Below are positions 18,819 through 27,708 of a DNA stretch of 51,485 nt, piece after piece. The stretch spans positions 1 through 51,485 of the forward strand of contig JABHWQ010000464.1 of the NCBI GenBank assembly GCA_018657655.1. Direction: 5' to 3'. This DNA is from Chloroflexota bacterium (GTDB taxonomy: Bacteria; Chloroflexota; Dehalococcoidia; SZUA-161; SpSt-899). Position 1 is the stretch's first letter. Every line of letters starts with the position of its first letter. Made by a program: the position numbers and the translations under genes. The notes below the pieces were generated by a model. The model saw only the letters and a list, made by a program, of their open reading frames with translations, was not told the DNA's origin and searched no databases.

Positions 18819-19757
18819 ATGAATCAAGTCGTTATTACAGGTGCCACCGGGCCTTTAGGCATTGCCTTATGTAAGTATCTTGCAGAATTAGGAATATCTG
18901 TGACCGCAATAGCTCGCCCTGGGTCTAGACGCAGGGCAGATATCCCGGTTTCACAGAAGATTCAGATTATCGAGTGTGATCTTGGTGATTTATTTTCGCT
19001 TAGTGATAAGATTGGTTATAATTATGATACTTTTTTTCATATTGCGTGGGATACAGGGTCGCGCGAAATTGTTAATGACCCGCTTATTCAGTCGCGTCAG
19101 GTTATCTATCCCTTAGATGCTGTGCGGCTTGCCCATAATTTGGGGTGTAGGGCATTTGTTGGTGCCGGATCTCAGGGTGAATATGGTAACAGTGGAAGTT
19201 TACTTGCGCCAGATTCTCCGGAAAGGCCTGTATCAAGCTACAGTATTGCAAAATATGCTGCGGGTAAACTCAGTCGACAGTTGTGTGAATCTTTCGGGAT
19301 GCGGCATTGTTGGGGCCGTATTTTGAGTTTGTATGGACCGTTTGATAAAGAGACAACGAGTATTATGTATTGCGTTTATACTTTGTTAAAGGGGGAGAGA
19401 CCAGTATTAACTAAATCAGAACAGATGTGGGATTTCATTTACAGTGTTGATTGCGCAAAAGCCTTTTATCTTATTGCGACAAAGGGAAGACATGGCATGG
19501 CTTATCCAATAGGTACGGGAAAGGCTAGGTCAATGAAAGAATATTTTGAATGTATCAGAGGTTATATAAACCCATCGCTTAAATTAGGTTTCGGAGAGAA
19601 GCCTTATGCTCCAAACCAGCTTATGCTTCTATGCTCGGATAATACGGTGCTAAAGACTGATACCGGGTTTGAGCCGGAGTACACTTTTGAAGAAGGGATT
19701 AGAGAGACTATTGAATGGGCCAAGAAGAGGGTGCAGACGGAGAATAATAGCGGATAA
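18819..19757 (+). CDS. NAD(P)-dependent epimerase/dehydratase/reductase family SDR (candidate sugar ketoreductase)
   Basis: 312 aa with ITGATGPLGIALCKYL (Rossmann) and YSIAKYAAGK (YxxxK). It is the last gene of the + strand operon. Confidence 0.75.
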   Translation: MNQVVITGATGPLGIALCKYLAELGISVTAIARPGSRRRADIPVSQKIQIIECDLGDLFSLSDKIGYNYDTFFHIAWDTGSREIVNDPLIQSRQVIYPLDAVRLAHNLGCRAFVGAGSQGEYGNSGSLLAPDSPERPVSSYSIAKYAAGKLSRQLCESFGMRHCWGRILSLYGPFDKETTSIMYCVYTLLKGERPVLTKSEQMWDFIYSVDCAKAFYLIATKGRHGMAYPIGTGKARSMKEYFECIRGYINPSLKLGFGEKPYAPNQLMLLCSDNTVLKTDTGFEPEYTFEEGIRETIEWAKKRVQTENNSG

Positions 19758-19948
19758 ATTCCATGGCCGGTTAACTTCATTCACTCCATTAATTGGGATC
19801 CCGTCAACAGGGATGCAAATAGGCCTGGTAACTCAGACCCGGTAAATGTAGTTTATTAGTATAATTAGTTATCCGGATTAGGTAGCCAAGATTATATGAT
19901 AGCAGTTTGTGGTCAGAATGCCCAACCGTTTTTCGTTTATGTCTTGCA

Positions 19949-20854
19949 TTATGTTTCGGTTCCACTCAAGAACTCAAAATCGCTCTCGGACAAGGCGAAA
20001 TTAGACGCAATCGAGTTTTCTTCAATCTGAGATACACTTTTGATTCCGACGAGTGCAGTCGTTACCGCGGGGTTCTCTAACACCCATCTTAGAGCGATTT
20101 GTGAAGGAGTTTTCGAAAGGTGTTTCGCTACTAGTTTAACCTTTTCTACAAATATCATGTTCTCACTGAGCGATTCTTTTGTGAAGTATTGATCATGGCT
20201 GCGATGATCATCAGTACCAAAAATGGAGTTGGAAGTATATTTTCCAGAAAGAAGTCCATCTGCTAACGAACTGTAGCTAATAACACTGATACCATTTGAT
20301 ATACAGAATGGCATCAAAGCTCTCTCCGCACGCCGTTCTATCAGATTGTAGCGAAGCTGAAGGGTTTCAATTTGTCCGTATTTCGATGCCTTTTTGAGTA
20401 ATTCCAAGTTGAAGTTGCAGCAACCAAAGTGCCGTACTTTACCCTCTTGCCTCAATTTTTCTAGGGCAAAGAACGTCTCTTCAATGGGCGTATTTGGATC
20501 AGGCCAGTGAATTTGATACAAATCGACGTAGTCAGTTTGCAGTCTTTTGAGGCTCATATTTATCTCTCGCTCTATGTTTCTTTGCGAGCAGTCATTGAAT
20601 TTCCGAAAGGTCCCATCTTTCTTCCAAGTCAGACCTAGCTTCGTGGCGATTATTACATCTTTTCTCTTGGCTCCGAGTGTTTTACCCAGCAACTCTTCAG
20701 AGTGCCCCAATCCATATACCGGTGCAGTGTCAAAGAGGTTGATGCCAAGGTCGATAGCCTTGTGCACTGCATATACCATTTCCTGTTCGGATACATTGCC
20801 CCATCCATGTCCGCCGAGTTGCCAGCAACCAAAACCAATACGGGAAAGTTCCAT
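19949..20854 (-). CDS. Aldo/keto reductase
   Basis: 301 aa. IGFGCWQLGG...LFDTAPVYGLGHSEELLGK is the classical AKR N-terminus. Confidence 0.85.
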   Translation of the reverse strand: MELSRIGFGCWQLGGHGWGNVSEQEMVYAVHKAIDLGINLFDTAPVYGLGHSEELLGKTLGAKRKDVIIATKLGLTWKKDGTFRKFNDCSQRNIEREINMSLKRLQTDYVDLYQIHWPDPNTPIEETFFALEKLRQEGKVRHFGCCNFNLELLKKASKYGQIETLQLRYNLIERRAERALMPFCISNGISVISYSSLADGLLSGKYTSNSIFGTDDHRSHDQYFTKESLSENMIFVEKVKLVAKHLSKTPSQIALRWVLENPAVTTALVGIKSVSQIEENSIASNFALSESDFEFLSGTET

Positions 20855-20885
20855 ATTACCCTTCTTTTACCTCAAATGTTGTTGA

Positions 20886-21425
20886 CTACTTAGGTTCATC
20901 AATCATTCCTCTATGTTTTATAAACTGAGCAGGGACTCCTCCCACAACAGTGTAGGGCTCCACATCTTTGGTAACCACCGCTCCTGCCTCGACTATTGCG
21001 CCATTACCAATCCGACTACCCATGCATATTACTGCACGCGTCCCTATCCAAACGTCACTACCTATGATTATGTCCTCCATGCTCTCCCCTTGAAATCGTA
21101 TTGGTATCTTCAGTTCGTCATAATTGTGTTTATTGGTGTTTATCGTCACTTCTGCAGAGATGAGGACGTCATCACCGATTTTTATCCTAGCATTTGGGCC
21201 AGCTACTAGGTAAGTATTACGACCCAGCAAAACATTGTTTCCAACTTCAATGTTTTTGGTCTCCACACAGCAAATACGACCCGTAATCTGCGTTCCTTTA
21301 CCAAATTTCATTCCGCAACTACGCAACTGCAGTATCTTGAGAAAATTGGTAAGCATGTTAAGGATAACAAGAAATATCCGGAGTTTATGCTTTCGTAATA
21401 TCAGGATTACCCGAAAATTAGTCAT
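20886..21425 (-). CDS. Hexapeptide-repeat (LbH) O-acetyltransferase
   Basis: 179 aa. The C-terminal half ([46 protein letters not shown]) is typical of the WcaF/maltose-acetyltransferase type. The N-terminus is hydrophobic. Confidence 0.8.
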   Translation of the reverse strand: MTNFRVILILRKHKLRIFLVILNMLTNFLKILQLRSCGMKFGKGTQITGRICCVETKNIEVGNNVLLGRNTYLVAGPNARIKIGDDVLISAEVTINTNKHNYDELKIPIRFQGESMEDIIIGSDVWIGTRAVICMGSRIGNGAIVEAGAVVTKDVEPYTVVGGVPAQFIKHRGMIDEPK

Positions 21426-21476
21426 TTAACCTCATCAATGTCGCTGTTTTTGGTTCGTTTCGATGATGATATATGC

Positions 21477-22409
21477 CTAGTGAGTTTTAGTGTCTAGCAA
21501 AGACTGGACCGCATCGGTGATACCATCAACTGACAATGACAATCCTTTCAATAGATACTCCTGACTGCCAACGACAGAAGAAAAAGAATCTGTAATCCCA
21601 ATTCGCTTGAAGGCGATGCGATAGTTTCCAGATTCAGCAAGTACTTCAGCAACAGCGCTTCCCAATCCACCAATCATACTATGTTCCTCAATAGTAATGA
21701 TGGCACCAGTTTCCCGTGCTGACTCGAGCACTGATTCAATATCCAGTGGCTTGATAGTATGCATACTAAGAACACGCGTTTGAATACCTCGTTGTGCTAA
21801 GCGCTCGGCTGCTTGCACAGTATTATTTAGTATTCCCCCAGTAGCAATTAAAGTAGCGTCGTTACCTTCTCGTACGGTGATTGCTCTCCCAATTTGAAAA
21901 TTTGGGGTTCTTTGGTGAACGACTGGATCACCTGTTTTTGCCAATCGTAAATAACCTGGCCCCGGCAACCCAGCAATAGCTTGTGTAGCCAATCCTGCTT
22001 CTACAGGATCACCCGGTGCAATCACTGTCATGTTTGGCAAGGCACGCATGATTGCGAGGTCTTCAGTAACATGATGGGTAGCTCCCAGTGCGCCATAAGC
22101 TAATCCGCCACCTGAAGACACAATCTTTACATTGGCATTGTGATAACAAACATCGTTTCGTATTTGTTCAAAGCAGCGAAGTGTTGGGAAGTTGGCAAGA
22201 GAATAGATAAACACCATTTTGTCGCAAAGTGCCAATCCTGCGGCAATCCCGGTCATGTTTTGTTCAGCTATACCAACATTTACAAACTGAGCAGGAAATT
22301 CCTCAGCGAAAGGTTCAACTAGTGAGTATCCGACGTCTCCTACCAATAGGAACACACGATCATCGTTTCTGGCTAGATTGATTAGACTGCGGATAAAGGC
22401 AGCTCTCAT
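21477..22409 (-). CDS. Transketolase, C-terminal (Pyr + C-domain) subunit
   Basis: 310 aa with the split-transketolase B-subunit pattern (VGIAEQNMTGIAAGLA...GATHH...). It overlaps the N-terminal subunit gene by 4 nt. Confidence 0.85.
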   Translation of the reverse strand: MRAAFIRSLINLARNDDRVFLLVGDVGYSLVEPFAEEFPAQFVNVGIAEQNMTGIAAGLALCDKMVFIYSLANFPTLRCFEQIRNDVCYHNANVKIVSSGGGLAYGALGATHHVTEDLAIMRALPNMTVIAPGDPVEAGLATQAIAGLPGPGYLRLAKTGDPVVHQRTPNFQIGRAITVREGNDATLIATGGILNNTVQAAERLAQRGIQTRVLSMHTIKPLDIESVLESARETGAIITIEEHSMIGGLGSAVAEVLAESGNYRIAFKRIGITDSFSSVVGSQEYLLKGLSLSVDGITDAVQSLLDTKTH

Positions 22410-23245
22410 TCCGATACTCCTAACTCAGCCAATGCCTGTTGCAATTCTTCATCGTTGGGATGCCTGTAATGCCAGGCAAGCTGGTTTTCCATGAAACTGA
22501 TCCCCTTTCCCTTGATTGTGTGCGCGATAATGCAACTCGGCTGCTCCGGCTCGAATGGAACATTCTGAAGTGAATTCTCAATTTGGTTAATGTCATGTCC
22601 ATCTATCTCTTTGACGGCCCACCCAAAAGCCCTCCATTTTTCAGCCAGGGGATCTAAGTCGAGAACTTCTTTCACCATGCCAAAACTTTGAATTTTATTA
22701 TAATCTATAATGGCTACCAGATTATCAAGATGGTGATGAGGTGCAAAAAGGGCAGCCTCCCATATAGAGCCTTCATCACACTCACCATCGCCGAGCAGGG
22801 TGAAGACACGATAACTTCTGTTATCTCGTTTACCAGCAAGTGCGATTCCACAGCTGATTGAGAGTCCGTGTCCCAAGGAGCCAGTAGAAGCTTCAGCTCC
22901 AGGTACGCCATATGTGACGTGTCCCGGCAGGTGTGAACCATCCTGATAGAAAGTATCCAGCCACTCTAAAGGGAAAAAACCTCGTTCGGCAAGGGTAGCA
23001 TAAACAGCAGCAGCGACATGTCCCTTGCTTATGATGAAGCGGTCACGATCAGGCATATTTGGTTGAGTGTGATCCACTTGTAAAATTCCATTGTATAATA
23101 CTGCTAGCAGGTCAGCTATTGAGAAACAACCACCAATATGTGAACTTTTTGCACGATGTGTCATCCTTAAAACATGAGCCCTAATTTGAGTGGCAAAGGC
23201 TTTGTAACGTGCAATTCGTGCGTCAGAACAGTTCATATTATCCAT
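22406..23245 (-). CDS. Transketolase, N-terminal (ThDP-binding PP) subunit
   Basis: 279 aa with SSHIGGCFS, SKGHVAAAVYA, the ThDP motif LLGDGECDEGSIWEA, and IIDYNKIQ. Confidence 0.85.
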   Translation of the reverse strand: MDNMNCSDARIARYKAFATQIRAHVLRMTHRAKSSHIGGCFSIADLLAVLYNGILQVDHTQPNMPDRDRFIISKGHVAAAVYATLAERGFFPLEWLDTFYQDGSHLPGHVTYGVPGAEASTGSLGHGLSISCGIALAGKRDNRSYRVFTLLGDGECDEGSIWEAALFAPHHHLDNLVAIIDYNKIQSFGMVKEVLDLDPLAEKWRAFGWAVKEIDGHDINQIENSLQNVPFEPEQPSCIIAHTIKGKGISFMENQLAWHYRHPNDEELQQALAELGVSE

Positions 23246-23249
23246 ATCT

Positions 23250-24215
23250 TCATCCTATGTTGATCTTCTCCTCGAATCCATAGTTCCTATACCATTGAAC
23301 AAATTCCCGCATTCCCTTATCCATATCATATTGAGGCTCCCATCCAAGCAAGTTTTTGGCTCGTGTTGAATCAGCAATCAGCCGTTTGACCTCGCCAATC
23401 CGTGGTTCGACGTGTATGGGTTGAATATCATCGGATTTATCACAAAAGCCGATAATCCTGTTCGCTATATCTAATATGCTTAGTTCCTTGCCACTGCCAA
23501 AATTTACCGGCTCGTTTATAGGCTCACTATAGTTCATCACTAGATCGTAGGCTCGAACAGCATCATCAACGAATGTGTAGTCACGCGTTTGGCTACCGTC
23601 TCCGTATAAGATGGGAGGTAAGCCACTAAGAACTCTGCGCGTGAATATCGATATAACGCCACCATAGCCAATGTCCTTTTGACGGGGACCAAAAATGTTG
23701 AATAACCGCATTATGGCGATATCCATGCCGAATGCTTGAATGTATGCATAACACATACGATCGGCAGCTATTTTGCTTGCCCCATACGGGTGCGGTGCGT
23801 TAAGTGGATGCTTCTCATCCATAGGATGGTATAGGCTGGATCCGTAGACTTCACTGGTCGAAGCATAGATAACCCTTTTAATGTCATGGAGGCGAGCTAT
23901 CTCCAGGATATTCTGTGTGCCCATCACGTTTATATCGTATGTTAGCTGAGGTTCGATGTAGGATCTTTCAACATGAATCTGAGCTGCCAGATGAAATACC
24001 ACATCAACATCTCGCATAATACGTTGGAGTAGATCAAAGTCTCTGATATCGCCTTTCATCAATTTGAAATTACGAAAGACGAGGAGATGCCGTACATTTC
24101 TCAAATCACCGTTCATGAAATTATCCAGGCAAATTACCTTATGACCCTCACGGACATATTTGTCGCAGAGATGACTCCCGACAAATCCGGCACCTCCAGT
24201 AATCAACATTTTCAT
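23250..24215 (-). CDS. Extended SDR, UDP-glucuronate decarboxylase (UXS/ArnA-C)-like epimerase/dehydratase
   Basis: 321 aa with ITGGAGFVGSHL, STSEVYG (the motif typical of UXS/ArnA decarboxylases) and YGASKIAAD. Confidence 0.65.
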   Translation of the reverse strand: MKMLITGGAGFVGSHLCDKYVREGHKVICLDNFMNGDLRNVRHLLVFRNFKLMKGDIRDFDLLQRIMRDVDVVFHLAAQIHVERSYIEPQLTYDINVMGTQNILEIARLHDIKRVIYASTSEVYGSSLYHPMDEKHPLNAPHPYGASKIAADRMCYAYIQAFGMDIAIMRLFNIFGPRQKDIGYGGVISIFTRRVLSGLPPILYGDGSQTRDYTFVDDAVRAYDLVMNYSEPINEPVNFGSGKELSILDIANRIIGFCDKSDDIQPIHVEPRIGEVKRLIADSTRAKNLLGWEPQYDMDKGMREFVQWYRNYGFEEKINIG

Positions 24216-25339
24216 TTCTTGTACCTCTCAATCAGATTTTCATAAAGTCTCTCTATTCCGTCCATCCCCATATTTTCCTGTTCAAGAGAGAAATTCTCTT
24301 TTATCATTTGCCTATTGGCGTATCTCATATGTTTCCGTTGGTCGGAATTCCGAAATAAATGTATGATCTTTGAAGCTAAGGTTTCAGGGCTCCTCAAAGG
24401 GATTACAAATCCATTTACTTCATCTTTGACCCATTTCCTGTTTTCGCCGTAGTCAGTGACTATCACCGGCAATCCGCAGGCCATTGCTTCTTTTGAACTG
24501 AGCGAAAAGCCGCCATCTTCCAGTGATGTAGAAACATAAATATCGGCAGATGTAAGATATTTCGGGATCTCATCGTTTGGTATGAAGCCCACGAACTTGA
24601 TATTGTCTGCAACTCCTAGCGAATGAGCCAACGTGCGTAAATTTCTTTCTTGGTTACCCTTACCAGTAATTATGAATTTGGCTTCGGGAAATTCTATTAG
24701 CACCGAAGGTATGGCTTTGATTAAAGTGTCACCATCATATATCGTCTGAAGGGCTCTCAAGCTTATTACTACGGGTGAGTCAAGTATTCCCAATTCCTTT
24801 TTCAAATTATCATTCCTATTTTCCGGGCTGAATTTAGCGATATCCAGACCAGTGTAAAGGATGTGTACCTTCTCCGGTAGGACACCAAAGTCTATTGTAA
24901 CTCTATCGCGTAAAGTATCTCCGTATAGAACAATAAAATCCGCTCTCTTGAGAGCATATTTCACCAAACAAAAAGTGCCTCCGTTAGCGTGGAGTAAGTC
25001 TGTTCCCCACGGACTCATTACAATTGGCTGAAATCCGGTGAGTCGATTGTATAGACCGGCAAGCATGCCGAAATGCCCCATATAGTGGCCATGTATTATT
25101 TCAGGACGAATTTTTCTAATTAATAATGCAATTTCAATAAGTGCTCCATATCGAGCTAGGTAATGTGGGGGGCAGAAAATACGATGTATAGATACCTTTG
25201 GATCTATATTATGCATACCATTTGGGAGATGCCAAGTAATCAAATCCACCTTCCAACCACGCAGGGCAAAGTTATTTACCCACCTAATTGTATGGATTGA
25301 ACAGGCGTTGCCCATATAGCACACATGTCTATTCATCAC
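24212..25339 (-). CDS. GT-B glycosyltransferase (family 4 / group 1)
   Basis: 375 aa. The C-terminal EDGGFSLSSKEAMACGLPVIVTD is the E-x-E donor-binding region of GT4 enzymes. Confidence 0.8.
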   Translation of the reverse strand: MMNRHVCYMGNACSIHTIRWVNNFALRGWKVDLITWHLPNGMHNIDPKVSIHRIFCPPHYLARYGALIEIALLIRKIRPEIIHGHYMGHFGMLAGLYNRLTGFQPIVMSPWGTDLLHANGGTFCLVKYALKRADFIVLYGDTLRDRVTIDFGVLPEKVHILYTGLDIAKFSPENRNDNLKKELGILDSPVVISLRALQTIYDGDTLIKAIPSVLIEFPEAKFIITGKGNQERNLRTLAHSLGVADNIKFVGFIPNDEIPKYLTSADIYVSTSLEDGGFSLSSKEAMACGLPVIVTDYGENRKWVKDEVNGFVIPLRSPETLASKIIHLFRNSDQRKHMRYANRQMIKENFSLEQENMGMDGIERLYENLIERYKK

Positions 25340-27134
25340 AGTAGTGCCTCATCCACAGTTCCAGATTTATCCATTTCCAGATGGTATCTCCGATATTCTT
25401 CTTTCCCTTAATATGCGCAGTAAACAGTTCGTTGACTTCGTTCCACTTCCAGTATGGACGCTGCCTGAAACTCTCTGAATTTATTATCTCACGGCTAAAC
25501 TCAACCACCCTTTCACTTCTGAAAAACTCGTCCACGGGAGCGGCAAACCCGATCTTATCCTTCCTGTTCGATATCACCTCCGGGATAATACCATGCATCG
25601 CTTTCTTGAACGCTACTTTTGTTCTTCCATTACGTAGTTTCTGTTCAGAGCGAAGGGAATTGGCAAGCTCTACCAACCTGAAATCCAGAAAAGGAACCCT
25701 GCTTTCTATGCTCCACCGCATGGAGTTCTTATCTTCCCATCTCAAAAGGTGTGGTATGGCCGTAGAAAAGAGCGTCAGTAATAAACCGCCCTTAAGATCC
25801 ATTGCTTGCCATCGCGGGTCTTTTACCTGGCACAATTGCTCAAGCATATCATGATTCAGCCATGAGTGGCTGAATCTGTTCCAGGCGAAATGTTTCATGC
25901 GGTTCGGTAACAGCAAAAACAGAAACATGGCGTGAGGATAGAAACTCTTAAAATTCTTCAGGAAAAGCATCATTTCTTTAGCCAACGTAAGAAACCTGAA
26001 GCTGCGCAAAAGCTCGTAGAAATAGTAACTGAAATAATAGATATATCCCGCGAATATTTCGTCCCCACCCTGCCCATCAAGAAGCACCTTGGCACCTTGC
26101 TCATGAGCAAGCTTCATCACCCTGTATTGGGCGTACGGGCTCATTCCAGTTACCGGCTCTTCTTGTGAAACAACAAAGTCATGAATCTCATTGAAGAACT
26201 GATCCTCATCTATCGTGGTGAAGAATTGCCTGGTATCCGTAACCCTCCCAATCTCTTCGATATATCTGGTTTCATCAAATGGACTCTCAGGGACAACGAG
26301 GGAATATGTATTGAATGTGCCATCCATAAACTTATTCAAGGTGCAGACAATAGCAGAGGAATCCATGCCTCCGCTCAGGCAACTGCCAATCGGCACATCC
26401 GATACAGTTCTCGCTTGCACACTCGCAATAAAACTCTCCTGTATTGCGTTTTCATCAGACTCCGGCAAGTTTTTAAGCTGATACCATTGCTCAACAGCGC
26501 ATTTCTTCTCTGTCAGGTCATAGTGCAGTACGCTCCCTGGCATCAATGAGTAAATATTTTTGAAAAAAGTGTAATCCTGATGATGCAGCAGGTTGAAAGC
26601 AAGGTATTCCATGATCGCTTTGTCATCAGGACTTGTTTTAATATCATGGCAAAGGATACCTGCAATCATGGACGAAAAGATAAAATGCTGGTCATCAGCA
26701 TAGTAATACAGGGGTTTGATCCCAAACCGATCCCTGCTCAGGATCAGCTTGTTTTCATTCATGTCATAAATGCAGAAGGCCCACATCCCATTGAAGTGGT
26801 TGAAGCAATCGACCCCCTCTTCTTCGTAAGCATGGATGATGACTTCAGTGTCAGTATCAGATTTGAATACGTGCCCCTTCTGTTCCAGGCCTTTTCGCAA
26901 CTCTTGAAAATTGTATATCTCACCATTGTGTACCAGCCAAATGCTGCCATCCTCATTGCACATGGGCTGTTTGCCTCTCTCCGAGAGGTCGATGATGGAG
27001 AGTCTGCGATGTCCCAGGGAAACGCGCTCATCAACACAGGTTCCCTCGCCGTCAGGCCCCCTGTGCCTTAGCGCATGGTTCATTTTTTCCAGGATAGCCT
27101 TATCTGGCCAGTTAAACCCGTTAATACCACACAT
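25329..27134 (-). CDS. Asparagine synthase (glutamine-hydrolysing)-like amidotransferase
   Basis: 601 aa. It has the Ntn nucleophile MCGI at the start and the PP-loop SGGMDSS. It is embedded in a glycan operon, as are the AsnB-like uronamide-forming enzymes (for example WbpS). Confidence 0.8.
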   Translation of the reverse strand: MCGINGFNWPDKAILEKMNHALRHRGPDGEGTCVDERVSLGHRRLSIIDLSERGKQPMCNEDGSIWLVHNGEIYNFQELRKGLEQKGHVFKSDTDTEVIIHAYEEEGVDCFNHFNGMWAFCIYDMNENKLILSRDRFGIKPLYYYADDQHFIFSSMIAGILCHDIKTSPDDKAIMEYLAFNLLHHQDYTFFKNIYSLMPGSVLHYDLTEKKCAVEQWYQLKNLPESDENAIQESFIASVQARTVSDVPIGSCLSGGMDSSAIVCTLNKFMDGTFNTYSLVVPESPFDETRYIEEIGRVTDTRQFFTTIDEDQFFNEIHDFVVSQEEPVTGMSPYAQYRVMKLAHEQGAKVLLDGQGGDEIFAGYIYYFSYYFYELLRSFRFLTLAKEMMLFLKNFKSFYPHAMFLFLLLPNRMKHFAWNRFSHSWLNHDMLEQLCQVKDPRWQAMDLKGGLLLTLFSTAIPHLLRWEDKNSMRWSIESRVPFLDFRLVELANSLRSEQKLRNGRTKVAFKKAMHGIIPEVISNRKDKIGFAAPVDEFFRSERVVEFSREIINSESFRQRPYWKWNEVNELFTAHIKGKKNIGDTIWKWINLELWMRHYCDE

Positions 27135-27249
27135 AATTGATTCACACCATTACAGAAATCATTTAAGCAAAACCTGCTTTGTTCCCCTGTAATTTCGTAA
27201 CTGCTCCTTACCCCCTTGCCATTTCCCTAATCCGCATCAACCGGAAAGA

Positions 27250-27520
27250 GAACCCCTCTCCCTCGAAGGGAGAGGCTGGGTGAGGGTGTTCCCCCCCGGT
27301 AGCCTGTTCATTCCAAAGGCTACCGGCCAATCGCGTCTTTCACCCTCCCTCTTATCCCTCCCGTCAAGGGAGGGAAGGGAAGAAATATTTCCTTCCCTCC
27401 CCTGTATCCCCCAATCCTGGGGGAAGTTTTAGTTGGGGGACAAGTCCGCTCATCTTGAGCCCGTCGAAGGACAGACTCAAGGTAATTAACACACCCCCTT
27501 AATCCCCTCTCAAGAGGGGA
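27250..27520. repeat. Cluster of GC-rich hairpin repeats in a 574-bp intra-operon gap
   Basis: Perfect stems are 27255-27263/27267-27275 (9 bp), 27296-27305/27317-27326 (10 bp), 27356-27362/27368-27374 (7 bp), 27368-27378/27391-27401 (11 bp), 27408-27412/27419-27423 and 27504-27509/27514-27519. Confidence 0.8.
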
Positions 27521-27708
27521 AACCCTGCACCGCTTTATCGCCCAAACGCCAGAGGGTTTATTCATCTCCGCAGGGGAGCAGTTTTTCAATAATTATTCTC
27601 GAACTATCCCGACCAAACACATTCGTTAGTCTGGGCTTGTCACCTGCCAGATAAATTAAATGCTTCGCTATTGTCGGATACATGGTTTCAATTTCCAGCT
27701 AAATTGGA

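Noticed and set aside
21477-23245. Reading the split transketolase as a housekeeping pentose-phosphate enzyme
   Set aside because: - I have not fully excluded this.
- However, the pair is translationally coupled inside the glycan operon between an SDR and an acetyltransferase.
- I therefore treat it as a pathway-specific enzyme, pending a genome-wide check for another tkt.
27190-27600. Possible CRISPR array or other regularly spaced repeat
   Set aside because: - The repeated units are different short palindromic hairpins, not one direct repeat with uniform spacers.
- There are no cas genes in the window.
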